From: Nitrospirota bacterium
GTDB lineage: Bacteria; Nitrospirota; Nitrospiria; Nitrospirales; Nitrospiraceae
Assembly (NCBI GenBank): GCA_963703955.1
Contig: CAVPGK010000017.1
Coordinates: 96,001-160,000, forward strand
Reading direction: 5' to 3'
DNA length: 64,000 bases
Shown: positions 8,745-18,888 of the stretch, in pieces
How the letters are laid out: the number at the start of each line of letters is the position of its first letter
How positions within the stretch are numbered: position 1 is the stretch's first letter
The notes under the pieces: generated by a model
Seen by the model: only the letters and a program-made list of their open reading frames with translations
Told to the model about the DNA's origin: nothing
Databases searched by the model: none
Made by a program: the position numbers and the translations under genes

Positions 8745-10268
8745 TCAGTCTTTCTGTAATCGATGCAACTGAAGCGGCACAAACTGGTCCTTTGTCGGCT
8801 CGGCACAGCAAAACCAGGGCTCGGTTACGCGAGGCGGCCGTTTTCGATCCGAGCGCGGGCTCGCATCCCGAGCGGCCGGCGCGGCTCGGTCCGCGAGTCG
8901 ACACGCGATGGCTCGCAGTCGATGGAAGGTGTCCACGGGATCCTCGTCACACGTCGCCGCGTTCTCCACGGCCGAACTGATTTCTTGGTGGAGTTGGTCC
9001 AGACGGAGATCCGGGTGTGTCCAATGATACTGGAACCCGGCCTGATCCAATGGACCCACGAATGGCTCAATCGGCGCCGGTTGTCCGGATCGGACGAGCA
9101 AGGCGGAGCCGGGAGGAATCAGCAGGCGGATCGAATACTGGACGGGATCGATGGCATCAATCAGATCCTGTGCCTCCACGATATCGAACATCTCCAGGTA
9201 ATCATCCAGCGTGGTCCAGGGCGTAAAGGCAACCAATGACGGTCGCAGGGTGATCCCGGAGCCCCGCAAAATGTCCAGCGCAGCGATCGCATTGGCCCGC
9301 GTGTGTCCCTTGTTGAGGTGTGCGAGCACGACGTCGCTGAAAGATTCCACGGCCGAGATCACGAACAGGCAGCCCAATCCGGCGAATTCAGGGAAGAGCA
9401 CACGACGCTTCAGCAGATGCTCGATCTTCGCCGTGAAATCAAAAGTGAGATGCGGGAACTCCGCATGCATCGCGCGAACGATGCTGAGCGAATGTCCGGG
9501 CCCATTCAAAAAATCCGGGTCGCCGAACGTGATATGAGTCGCGCCGGCCGCCACCTGTTGCCGAATATCTTGCAGCACGATCTCCTCTGGCACCAGAAAG
9601 AAGCGGCCCTCGTAGACCGGCACGATGGGGCAATGGAGGCACGTGTGCAGACAGCCCCGGCTGGCTTCGACGTAACCGACGACGCGTTGCTCGCCGTCAT
9701 GTTCGAGATGCGCATATCGTGTGAGCGACGGGAGATGTCTACGGCTTGCAGCAGGCGCGTTGGTCGGGAACCGTTTGAGCGAGGGGGCTGCAATCCTCCC
9801 GAGTCGGCTCACTCCTTCGAGCTCACGATGCTCATCGCCCTGCTCGATCGACTCGATCAGGGCCACCAAAGGCGGTTCATATTCTCCCCCGATCACCGAA
9901 TCGGCGAAATGTGCGAGCAGGTATTCCGCATTGATCGAAGCATAGAGGCCGTAAAAGCAAATGTGGCAACCGGGATTGATTTCTCGGATCATCGCAGCTA
10001 CACGGACCCCCAAGCGCAAAGCCGTGTGCATGGGCACGGAGATCCCGATGAACCGAGCCCGCGTGATGCGATGGGCATCGAGTTCTTCGACGGCAATGTC
10101 CAACCAACCCGGTGCGTAGCCTGCCTGCTCGAGGAACCCCATCGGTTGAGCAAGACCGATCGGCTGATGCCCGAGCTCATAGCACGAGATCAAGAGGATC
10201 GCACCGGGCCGACGAAGAGAGACCGATTCCCCGCCGTTGACTTGTTTCTGCACCGTGATGAGATCCAC
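8745..10268 (-). CDS. CUAEP/CCAEP-tail radical SAM protein (Cys form), N-terminal B12-binding-like domain
   Basis: LLISCYELGHQP, ISVPMHTA, EASRGCLHTCLHC (CxxxCxxC), C-terminal EPWFCCAEP (codons TGC TGT). Start uncertain: GTG 10268 with GGAG, or 10313. Confidence 0.9.
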   Translation of the reverse strand: MDLITVQKQVNGGESVSLRRPGAILLISCYELGHQPIGLAQPMGFLEQAGYAPGWLDIAVEELDAHRITRARFIGISVPMHTALRLGVRVAAMIREINPGCHICFYGLYASINAEYLLAHFADSVIGGEYEPPLVALIESIEQGDEHRELEGVSRLGRIAAPSLKRFPTNAPAASRRHLPSLTRYAHLEHDGEQRVVGYVEASRGCLHTCLHCPIVPVYEGRFFLVPEEIVLQDIRQQVAAGATHITFGDPDFLNGPGHSLSIVRAMHAEFPHLTFDFTAKIEHLLKRRVLFPEFAGLGCLFVISAVESFSDVVLAHLNKGHTRANAIAALDILRGSGITLRPSLVAFTPWTTLDDYLEMFDIVEAQDLIDAIDPVQYSIRLLIPPGSALLVRSGQPAPIEPFVGPLDQAGFQYHWTHPDLRLDQLHQEISSAVENAATCDEDPVDTFHRLRAIACRLADRAAPAARDASPRSDRKRPPRVTEPWFCCAEPTKDQFVPLQLHRLQKD

Positions 10269-10440
10269 GCCTGGCTCCACACTCTCGCTGCCGATTAGAG
10301 CACAGTCTATCACGCTGGCCTACTGAAAAAAACCGAACTCGTCACCAAGGAGCACGTTGCGATCCCGAGGACCGCCTTGCTTCCTGCGCGCGGACTGGTG
10401 TAGACAAACGCCTATCTTTGGCATGGGTTCTCAATTCACG

Positions 10441-10625
10441 AGGAGTCTGTCCGAGTCATCCTTCGTTGCGAGGCGAAGGAGGTACGGGAAGATGCGAGGC
10501 CGCAGGCTCGAAACAACCGGAGGCGTATTCGCTGGAATACGTTGAGGATTGTTTCGGGCCGAGAACGACGCAGATACTCGTAGATCGTTTGCCGCAGTAG
10601 AATGGCATGACTCGGACAGACTCCT
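10441..10625. mobile_element. MITE-like element with perfect 19-bp terminal inverted repeats
   Basis: AGGAGTCTGTCCGAGTCAT...ATGACTCGGACAGACTCCT; long internal hairpin; no transposase. Confidence 0.85.
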
Positions 10626-10635
10626 AGGGGGAGGA

Positions 10636-11649
10636 ATGATGAAGCCCGCACTGACACCGGATGGCATTATGCAGCTTGGCATGGGATTCTGGGGTTCGAA
10701 AGCTCTCCTGAGCGCGGTGGAGCTCGGTCTTTTTACGCAGTTGGCCAAGGGGCCGCTGACGGCTGAGGAGTTGCGCGGGCGGCTGAAGCTGCATGAGCGC
10801 AGCGCACGGGATTTCTTCGACGCGTTGGTCGCCTTAGGCATGTTGGAGCGGAAGGACGACAGATATTCAAACACGCCGGAGACCGATCTTTTCTTGGATC
10901 GAGCAAAGGCCACCTACATCGGCGGCATGTTGGAAATGGCCAATGAGCGGCTCTATCCATTCTGGGGTCACCTGACTGAAGGATTGCGCACGGGGCAGCC
11001 GCAGAACGAAGCCAAAGCGGGGCAGAATTTCTTTACCGCGCTCTACGCTGATCCGGTCCGGCTGGACCATTTTCTCAAAGCGATGACCGGCGTCAGCATG
11101 GGCGCGGCTCTGGCGATCGCCAAACAGTTTCCTTGGAAGAACCACCGCACGTTCGTGGACATCGGCGCCGCGCAAGGTAACGTTCCGGTTCAGATTGCGC
11201 TGGCTCATCATCATCTCACCGGGGGCGGCATGGATCTGCCCGTGGTCCGCCCCATCTTCGAGGCGTACGTTCGTACCCATGGTCTTTCTAACCGGCTCAC
11301 TTTCCATGCCGGCGATTTCTTCAAGGACCCGCTTCCGCCGGCAGATGTGTATGTCATGGGACACATTCTGCATGATTGGAATCTGGAGGAAAAACGCTTG
11401 CTGCTCCGAAAGGTCTATGAGGCGCTTCCACCGGGTGGAGCGCTGATCGTGCATGAGGCGATTATCGACGACGAGCGGAAGCGAAATGCCTTTGGACTCC
11501 TCATGAGCGTGAACATGTTGATCGAGACGCCAGGAGGGTTTGACTATACCGGCGCGGACTGCATGGGCTGGATGCGAGAAGCGGGCTTCCGCGAGACGCG
11601 AGTCGAACATCTCATCGGCCCCGATTCGATGGTCGTCGGAATCAAGTAA
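10636..11649 (+). CDS. SAM-dependent O-methyltransferase with dimerisation domain (Methyltransf_2 type)
   Basis: [35 protein letters not shown]. Confidence 0.93.
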   Translation: MMKPALTPDGIMQLGMGFWGSKALLSAVELGLFTQLAKGPLTAEELRGRLKLHERSARDFFDALVALGMLERKDDRYSNTPETDLFLDRAKATYIGGMLEMANERLYPFWGHLTEGLRTGQPQNEAKAGQNFFTALYADPVRLDHFLKAMTGVSMGAALAIAKQFPWKNHRTFVDIGAAQGNVPVQIALAHHHLTGGGMDLPVVRPIFEAYVRTHGLSNRLTFHAGDFFKDPLPPADVYVMGHILHDWNLEEKRLLLRKVYEALPPGGALIVHEAIIDDERKRNAFGLLMSVNMLIETPGGFDYTGADCMGWMREAGFRETRVEHLIGPDSMVVGIK

Positions 11650-11725
11650 AAGACAAGTCACTGGCAGGAAGATCACCGGGATCACGCGCGACATTGACCA
11701 ACTTTGCAGCGATAAGGAGGAAGCC

Positions 11726-12793
11726 ATGGCATCGAAGCAGGCGCTCAAGCAATGGACGTTGGACGAACTCATGGCTGAACTGCGGCATCGTGAACGTAGG
11801 ACGCGGGCTGGGCACACACGAATCCTTGCGGCTCCTCGCGTGTCCGCGAGACCGGGACTTGCAACAGTGCCGACACGGGACCTGGTGCATCACGTCCGCG
11901 GCCGACAAAGGGTGGTCTATGGTGTGGATGACCGCAAGGACATCTACCAAGTGAAACGCAAGACGGTCCTGGCGGCGGCGGATGCAGTAGCCGCACTCGT
12001 CAAGGCCTCGGACTTGACCCCGCTTCGCAACGGTAACTGGCGACTCCGGACGACAAGCTACAAGCAGGAATATGACCTCTGCGACAGTGAGCCCTTTGCG
12101 AGCCAGCCGTTGGGTTGTTTCTGCAGCGGGTTTCTCGTGGCGCCGGACATTCTTGCCACGGCCGGGCATTGCGTCAAGAGCACCGCGGATCTGGCAGGGA
12201 TGCGCTTTGTATTCGGCTTTCGGATGAGCAAGGCCGGTTCCGCCACGACTGAGTTCGGCCCTGACGCCGTCTACAAAGGCACCGAGGTGATCGGGAGAAA
12301 GCTGGAGGAAGACCGCGGGTCTGATTGGGCGGTGGTCCGACTTGAGCGTCCCGTCGTGGGGCGCAAGCCACTGAAAGTGAGAAAATCCGGCAAGGTCAAA
12401 GATAGTCAGTCTCTCTTCGTCATCGGTCATCCCAACGGCCTGCCTGCGAAATATGCGGATGGAGCCGCCGTGCGAGATAACAGTCCGAAGCCATTCTTCG
12501 TCGCCAATCTGGATACCTACGGCGGCAATTCCGGATCGCCCGTCTTCAATAAGACGAACGTGAGCGTCGAGGGTATCCTTGTCCGTGGCGAGAACGATTT
12601 CGCCTCGGCAGGAAGCTGCAATCTGTCCCTCGTCTGCCCCAGCACCGGATGCCGCGGCGAAGACGTGACGCGCGCCAGCGAGTGGGTTGGGCAGGTTCAA
12701 AAAGCGAAGGCGCGAGGCCAAAGCGACGGTCCAGGAAACGGTAGCGGTGGCGAGTACTTGTTTGACCTCAGCTTAGGGTTTAGTGGATTCTAG
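11726..12793 (+). CDS. Trypsin-like (V8-type) serine protease without signal peptide
   Basis: VVYGVDDR, TAGHC, SDWAVV, DTYGGNSGSPV; RBS AAGGAGG. Confidence 0.9.
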   Translation: MASKQALKQWTLDELMAELRHRERRTRAGHTRILAAPRVSARPGLATVPTRDLVHHVRGRQRVVYGVDDRKDIYQVKRKTVLAAADAVAALVKASDLTPLRNGNWRLRTTSYKQEYDLCDSEPFASQPLGCFCSGFLVAPDILATAGHCVKSTADLAGMRFVFGFRMSKAGSATTEFGPDAVYKGTEVIGRKLEEDRGSDWAVVRLERPVVGRKPLKVRKSGKVKDSQSLFVIGHPNGLPAKYADGAAVRDNSPKPFFVANLDTYGGNSGSPVFNKTNVSVEGILVRGENDFASAGSCNLSLVCPSTGCRGEDVTRASEWVGQVQKAKARGQSDGPGNGSGGEYLFDLSLGFSGF

Positions 12794-13489
12794 AAATTTC
12801 GCTCGGGCAGCCTCTACCGCAGCTAGCATCTCGTCGCGCGTCTTCCCTTCCATGCCGGTCAAGAGGTCGAGCAGCCAGGCACGATGAGCAGCGAGCCTGG
12901 CGGACTTGGCGGAAGTGTCCCCTATGGTGATGTAGATGTTTCCTGCCGCCTGATAGACGTTTCCCTGCACCGTCCACTGTTCCTGGTCGAAGATCGCTCT
13001 GGCGGCTCTCACGACTTCTTGTGGCTCTGTTGAGGCGATGCCGCTCGAGCTTATTGATGACCGCTGCGCGATGCGCAGGATCGACTACGGCGCGCCTTCG
13101 GTTTGCACTGCATCAACGATGTTGGGGATAGCTCGGCAAGCGCGCGCGCGTCGATGCCATGCGCGGCTTTGAGTATGTCGGGAAGCGGAGTGTTATCCAG
13201 CGAGGAGGGGATGATGACTTTCTTTCGGGCAATGGCGGCGCTCCACTACGAGTTCTACGAGATGGGATTGCGGCCGCACTCTTCGACCATGCCAGGAGAA
13301 AAAAAATCGCTTGCTGCGATCGCTTCGCCCAGGCGTTTCGGCCATAGTTGCCCGGCATGCAGATCTGTCTTGTCTCGCCGAAATCGAGATTTTATGGCCA
13401 TGAACTTCTTGGCCGGCTAGAGCCCTGCGCGAGTGGCTGGACAACCTCAAGGTCTGGACGCTGGAATAGCTCAGGAAGATGCTCGGCAT
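12773..13489 (-). pseudogene. Frameshifted TIR-domain (TIR_2) protein
   Basis: Fragments in different frames: MPSIFLSYSS / LHAGQLWPKRLGEAIAASDF / FFLLAWSKSAAA / SAAIARKKVIIP..LDNTPLPDILKAAHGID; C-terminal piece 12773..13012. Confidence 0.8.
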
Positions 13490-13734
13490 GTTCGCTCCTC
13501 TGCACCTTCGGGGAGGATGAGCACTTAGGAGGGCCAAGACCAATACCTCAGATTTCTTTGGCCATCAAGAGAGATGCACGACAGAATGAGACACGAACAC
13601 GAGAAAATGGCAGTCACGGTGGGACTGCGTTCACCACACAGAACCGGCGGGATCGTCCTGGACTTGGACATGCCTGCATCGAGAAGACAGCGTCGCCTCC
13701 TATGGGATAATCGCATCAAGGCAGCATTTCCGAG

Positions 13735-14171
13735 CTTAGATCAACTCGTCTAGCGTCAGGCATCGGATCTCGCTCACTCACGTAGCGCTTTATCGTTTCC
13801 GACAAACGCTGTTCACCGAACGTCAGTGCCGTGGCGACATGGATCGCGTCCGGGTCTGAGGCGATGGCAAGCGCGAAGCTGGCCGCTCTGCGACCTCAAT
13901 CGTCACAGGCGTCCAGACCAATCCAGGATAGGTGGAGACCACGCAAACACCTTCCGGACCAATTCATCGTTCTGGCTGCGATAGGGTTGAACCAGTGTCT
14001 CAAGAAGCGCGATGGTGAAGCCACTGCGACGGTTTGCCGACGTTCGACCCGTTCGAAGAATGAAGTGCACCAGGGTGCGTAACGAGGATGGTCTTGAATG
14101 AAGTAGATGAGAACGTTGGTGTCGATGCCGAGTCGTGGGTGCTGAGCAAAAAAGGTCGGGGCTACCGCCAC
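13735..14171 (-). pseudogene. vapC: VapC/PIN toxin with multiple frameshifts
   Basis: LGIDTNVLIYF; TIALLETLVQPY and PDAIHVATAL lie in other frames. Confidence 0.85.
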
Positions 14172-14383
14172 GAATCCCGCTCTCTCTTGACGTAACCGGA
14201 GGCATAGATGCCCTTCCCCAAGCCCCGAAGAGCCCGCGCGTAGCTCTTGGGTTTCGGCATCACAACGGTGACGCCCCCCTTCACGACTACCAGCAATTCG
14301 TCACCGCCCTTGATATGCATCGCCTCTCTTGCCTCTTTGGGAATCACGATCTGATTTTTGCTGCTCAGCCTCTGGATACCCAT
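14162..14383 (-). CDS. AbrB/MazE/SpoVT family antitoxin
   Basis: LSSKNQIVIPKEAREAMHIKGGDEL; overlaps the PIN gene start. Confidence 0.92.
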   Translation of the reverse strand: MGIQRLSSKNQIVIPKEAREAMHIKGGDELLVVVKGGVTVVMPKPKSYARALRGLGKGIYASGYVKRERDSWR

Positions 14384-14475
14384 GTGACGACCTCCGTGAT
14401 GAGCTTTACGATATCACGAAAAAGTAAAGCGCACAACTCGGCAGGCTCATCCGCCACGCCCGGGTCAACGATCTT

Positions 14476-15795
14476 TCAGGAGGTGGCGACCTCGTCAGAG
14501 GGCATCAGTTGATGTTCATGAATGTGTCGTCGGATGGCCGGCAGGGCTTTCCAAAGCAACCACGCCGTGATCAGGGTGATGATCCCGCCGCACACGACGA
14601 TCACCGGCGCCGGGAAATAGGTCGCCCCGACTCCCGCCACCAGGCTGCCGAAGATCGTTGAGCCTAGCGACAGGGATGCGAAGAGACTCACGACCCGCCC
14701 GCGCAGGGCATCGGGCACGAGGCTCTGTAACAGGATGTTGATGCCGGCGAGGCTACTGACCATGCCGAACCCGATGGCGATCATCGCCAGGGCGGACATC
14801 CAAAAGACGGAGCTGGCCGCGAACACCAGGAGTCCGATACCGAACAGCCCGACCGAGCGGGCGATGGATCGTCCCAGCCCCTTCACACTCTGCCGGCGGG
14901 CGTGACGGAGGGCGGCTGCGAGCGCACCGAACCCGCTGCACGCCATCAACACTCCCAGCCCTTCCGGGCCTCCGTGGAGAATATCGCGCGCGAACACCGG
15001 CAAGAGCGTGCTGTACGGCATAGCGGCGATGCTCAAGACCGTCGTCACGGAAAGCACGGCGCGAACATGCGGCGTGTGCCATGCGTAGCGCAGTCCCTCC
15101 TGCAACTGTGTCCACACGTCGCCGGACTCCTGTCGAGATTTCGGTTCGACGCGCATGGCGTACAGGGATCCGAGGATAATCAGAAACGTGGCCGAATTGA
15201 TGAGAAAGCACAGGCCTTCCCCGACGGTGCTCACGAGAATTCCTGCCAAAGACGGCCCGACAATGCGAGCGGCATTGAACAGGGAGGAGTTCAAGCCGAT
15301 GGCGGACGGGATCTCTGATCGTGGGACGAGGTCCGCGACGAACGCTTGCCGAACCGGAATTTCCAGCGCGCTGATGATGCCGAGGACCAACGCCAACCCG
15401 AGAATCCATCCGATGGTAATGACCCCACTCAAGGTCAGCGCCGCGAGCGCGCCGGCCTGCAGGAGCAAGCCGGTCTGCGCCAGGATCATGAGCCGATGGC
15501 GCGGCCAGCGATCGGCCAAGATGCCGCCGATGACGCTCAAGATAAGGATCGGCCCTCGGGCGATGAATTCCACCAACCCGAGCATGAACGGCGAGCCGCT
15601 CAGCCGATAGACCAGCCACGCCAGCGCCATGCTCTGCATCCAGGTTCCGCACAGCGAAAGACCGTGCCCGGTAAAAAACAGGGCATAGTTCCGGTTCGCC
15701 AACGCGCGCCACGGTGAGCGGGTCGCCGCGGATGAGGTTACCCGTGCGGCGGTACCGGGAGTCATCGGCTGTGCGGTTGGCTCAGGAGTGTCCAT
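14476..15795 (-). CDS. MFS transporter (MFS_3 type)
   Basis: About 12 TM segments; GTWMQ, GGILADR, FNAARIVGP, LRGRV. Confidence 0.92.
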   Translation of the reverse strand: MDTPEPTAQPMTPGTAARVTSSAATRSPWRALANRNYALFFTGHGLSLCGTWMQSMALAWLVYRLSGSPFMLGLVEFIARGPILILSVIGGILADRWPRHRLMILAQTGLLLQAGALAALTLSGVITIGWILGLALVLGIISALEIPVRQAFVADLVPRSEIPSAIGLNSSLFNAARIVGPSLAGILVSTVGEGLCFLINSATFLIILGSLYAMRVEPKSRQESGDVWTQLQEGLRYAWHTPHVRAVLSVTTVLSIAAMPYSTLLPVFARDILHGGPEGLGVLMACSGFGALAAALRHARRQSVKGLGRSIARSVGLFGIGLLVFAASSVFWMSALAMIAIGFGMVSSLAGINILLQSLVPDALRGRVVSLFASLSLGSTIFGSLVAGVGATYFPAPVIVVCGGIITLITAWLLWKALPAIRRHIHEHQLMPSDEVATS

Positions 15796-16121
15796 TGGTC
15801 ATCTGTACCATAACATGGGAAAGAGTCAGGTGCTTGGGTTGAGGGGATGGAGAACGAGGGCAGGCCTCCTCAATGCGATCGAAGCGACCTCGGCTGAAGA
15901 GGTCTCGGCGAGCATCGCTCTAAGCTCGGTTGAGCGAGGATTCGAGGCGGTGCGCCGCACGAAAATGATGTTGGAGCTGCGCCGCTCTTACCACAAATTC
16001 CTCGTCCGCGCCACGGCGCTTCACGTTCGGTCGGTACCCAACAGGGTTGTGAATCAGGTCACGCCTTTGTTATCGTGGGCCGGTCATTACAGGCCTCAAG
16101 GAAACAGAAACAGAGGAGTTT

Positions 16122-17810
16122 ATGAGCACCAATGACAAGCAGGTCATTTTTTCATTGATTGGCGTTGGGCGGGTGCATCCACCCAAAAAGCAGGTGCTGA
16201 AGGACATTTACCTGTCTTTTTACTACGGGGCCAAGATCGGCGTGCTGGGGCTGAACGGATCCGGCAAGAGCACCCTGCTGCGAATCATCGGTGGGGTAGA
16301 CAAGGACTACCTCGGCGAGATCACGATGTCCAAAGGTTACACGGTCGGGCTCCTGGAGCAGGAGCCGCAGCTCGACAAGAACAAGACGGTGAAGGAGATC
16401 GTCGAGGAAGGGCGCAAGGACGTCATCAGCCTGTTGCGGGAGTACGAGGCTGTCAGCAACAAGCTCGGCGAGAATCTCTCGCCCGACGAGATGGAGAAAC
16501 TGCTGGAGAAGCAGAGTCACCTTCAAGAACAGATCGAGAACGCCAATGGCTGGGAGTTGGAGAACGAACTCGAGGTGGCCATGGACGCCCTTCGCTGTCC
16601 GCCTCCGCAAACGAAGATCGACATCCTGTCGGGCGGGGAACGGCGCCGCGTGGCGCTCTGCCGGCTGCTGATTCAGGAACCGGATATTCTCTTGCTGGAC
16701 GAGCCGACGAACCATCTCGACGCCGAGTCCGTCCAATGGCTGGAGCAACACCTGCAGCAGTACAAGGGCACGGTGATTGCCGTGACCCACGACCGCTATT
16801 TTCTCGACAATGTCGCAGGCTGGATTCTGGAACTGGATCGCGGGCAGGGCATTCCCTTTCAAGGGAATTACTCCTCCTGGCTGGAACAGAAGCAGGCGCG
16901 GCTGGAAAAAGAGGAAAAGGCGGAATCGAAACGGCGGAAGACGCTGGAGCGGGAGTTGGAATGGATCCGCATGTCGCCGAAGGGCCGCCACGCCAAGGGC
17001 AAGGCCCGCATCACGCGGTATGAACAGATGCTGGGCGACGAGCAAGACCAGACGGCGGAGGAGTTGGAGATCTATATTCCCGCCGGCCCGCGTCTCGGCG
17101 ATGTCGTGGTAGAAGCCAAGGATGTCGCCAAGGCCTATGGCGAGAAGGTGCTGTTCGAGAATCTGAATTTCGACCTACCGCGCGGCGGGATCGTCGGGGT
17201 CATCGGGCCCAACGGCGCCGGGAAAACGACGCTGTTCAGGATGATCGTCGGCAAGGAAAAGCCGGACGCCGGTTCATTTAAGGTCGGGGAGACCGTTGTC
17301 CTGGGATACGTCGATCAGGACCGGACGCTGGAGGGGAACAAGACCGTCTGGGAAGTCATCTCCGACGGCAAGGACACGATCAACTTGGGGAAAAGCGAGA
17401 CCAACTCGCGCGCCTACTGCGGGCGATTCAACTTCGGCGGGTCGGATCAGCAGAAGAAGGTGAAGGACCTGTCGGGTGGCGAGCGCAATCGCGTGCATCT
17501 CGCGCGCATGTTGAAGGAAGGGGCGAACTTGATCTTGTTGGACGAGCCCACCAACGACTTGGATGTGAACACCCTGCGGGCGCTCGAAGAAGGGCTCGAG
17601 CGATTCGGCGGCTGCTGCATGGTGAGCAGCCACGACCGCTGGTTCCTGGACCGCATCGCCACCCACATCCTGGCGTTCGAAGGTGACAGCCAGGTGGTCT
17701 GGTTCGACGGCAACTACAGCGAGTATGAAGCCGATCGCAAGAGACGGTTGGGCAAAGAAGCCGACCGGCCTCACCGAATTCGGTACCGGAAGCTGACGCG
17801 GAGTTCATAG
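16122..17810 (+). CDS. ettA: Energy-dependent translational throttle ABC-F protein
   Basis: Two ABC domains; GAKIGVLGLNGSGKSTL, LERELEWIR, PHRIRYRKL. Confidence 0.97.
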   Translation: MSTNDKQVIFSLIGVGRVHPPKKQVLKDIYLSFYYGAKIGVLGLNGSGKSTLLRIIGGVDKDYLGEITMSKGYTVGLLEQEPQLDKNKTVKEIVEEGRKDVISLLREYEAVSNKLGENLSPDEMEKLLEKQSHLQEQIENANGWELENELEVAMDALRCPPPQTKIDILSGGERRRVALCRLLIQEPDILLLDEPTNHLDAESVQWLEQHLQQYKGTVIAVTHDRYFLDNVAGWILELDRGQGIPFQGNYSSWLEQKQARLEKEEKAESKRRKTLERELEWIRMSPKGRHAKGKARITRYEQMLGDEQDQTAEELEIYIPAGPRLGDVVVEAKDVAKAYGEKVLFENLNFDLPRGGIVGVIGPNGAGKTTLFRMIVGKEKPDAGSFKVGETVVLGYVDQDRTLEGNKTVWEVISDGKDTINLGKSETNSRAYCGRFNFGGSDQQKKVKDLSGGERNRVHLARMLKEGANLILLDEPTNDLDVNTLRALEEGLERFGGCCMVSSHDRWFLDRIATHILAFEGDSQVVWFDGNYSEYEADRKRRLGKEADRPHRIRYRKLTRSS

Positions 17811-17908
17811 ACGATTAGCAGATATTTCCCGAGCTTCAACCTAGCCGCCCACTGTGGCTCGCCGGATTGCCGATGGTGCATAGGTCTTCACGGCGAAGGT
17901 CTTTTCGA

Positions 17909-18073
17909 CTAGATCAAGGCCTGGCTCTCCTCTCTCACCGCAGGCTTCCGATTCCGTTGGATGGTCTCGTCGGTGACTGAGCCGCAGTTGAGGCACCGCC
18001 AGACATAGGCTTCGTCCAGCTCATCCGCCAGCCACTCCTTCACCGTTAGGCCGTTGCATTTCCAGCATTCCAT
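17909..18073 (-). CDS. 54-aa zinc-ribbon protein
   Basis: Below the ORF-track cutoff: MECWKCNGLTVKEWLADELDEAYVWRCLNCGSVTDETIQRNR...; RBS GAGGAGG. Confidence 0.8.
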   Translation of the reverse strand: MECWKCNGLTVKEWLADELDEAYVWRCLNCGSVTDETIQRNRKPAVREESQALI

Positions 18074-18305
18074 GGTCGCCTCCTCTTGCGTTGAGACGTT
18101 CGCCGGTCATGCCCGCGATCATTTGAGCGCAACCGTAGCAAGGGAAGATGAGAGGATGATTAGGAGAATATTAAAACTTTCTAATTTACATAACCTAGGT
18201 GCGTATACAGTTGCCGGCGGCCATTCCTGTCGTGATGACGACGGAATTCGGCTCTGGGGAATTTGTTCAGCATAAGAGAATTGACAATGTTTATAATGAA
18301 GGGTC

Positions 18306-18719
18306 ATGAACCACGACGAGCAGGCTCCGTCTCACCCGACGCGGGAGCCGAAGACCATTCTGGTCGTCGACGATGAAGCGAAGATGCGACAGATTCTTCG
18401 CATTGGGCTGACTGCGCATGGCTTTCATGTTCTTGAGGCTGAGAACGGTCAAGAAGCCCTCCGTATCTGCAAAGAACATGAAGGGCCCATCCACCTGATG
18501 TTAGCGGATGTGGTGATGCCGGGAATGAGTGGGGTAGAACTTGCGCCGCGGGTCAAAGCCTTGGTGCCGGAAGTCCAGGTGATTCTAATGTCGGGTCACC
18601 ACGATGACCAAATTCTCCTGCATGCGTCCTTGAATCCCAACATGCCGTTTTTCCACAAACCGTTTACCTTGGACGCGCTGGTGCAGACGATATGGGAGGT
18701 ACTCAAGATCCCGACCTGA
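18306..18719 (+). CDS. Single-domain response regulator
   Basis: ILVVDDE, DVVMPGMSG, MSG, KPF. Confidence 0.92.
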   Translation: MNHDEQAPSHPTREPKTILVVDDEAKMRQILRIGLTAHGFHVLEAENGQEALRICKEHEGPIHLMLADVVMPGMSGVELAPRVKALVPEVQVILMSGHHDDQILLHASLNPNMPFFHKPFTLDALVQTIWEVLKIPT

Positions 18720-18798
18720 CCCAACGGCGCGGCTTGCTGCTCAGGAAACCTCATGCTAAGATGTCGCTCTTTTGCACTCGCGATGAGATGCGTGACGC

Positions 18799-18888
18799 GG
18801 AGAGGTGCGAGAGCGGCCGAATCGGCGTGCCTGGAGAGCACGTGTGCTGGCAACGGCACCGTGGGTTCAAATCCCACCCTCTCCGCCA
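18799..18888 (+). tRNA. tRNA-Ser(GGA)
   Basis: GGAGAGG acceptor stem, CGTGC-CTGGAGA-GCACG anticodon arm, long variable arm, GTTCAAATC, CCA end. Confidence 0.96.

Noticed and set aside
8795..8815. Selenocysteine in the radical SAM tail
   Set aside because: Codons are TGC TGT (CCAEP); there is no in-frame TGA.
15800..16120. 115-aa ORF or gene relic upstream of ettA
   Set aside because: No recognisable motif or RBS, so it cannot be supported.
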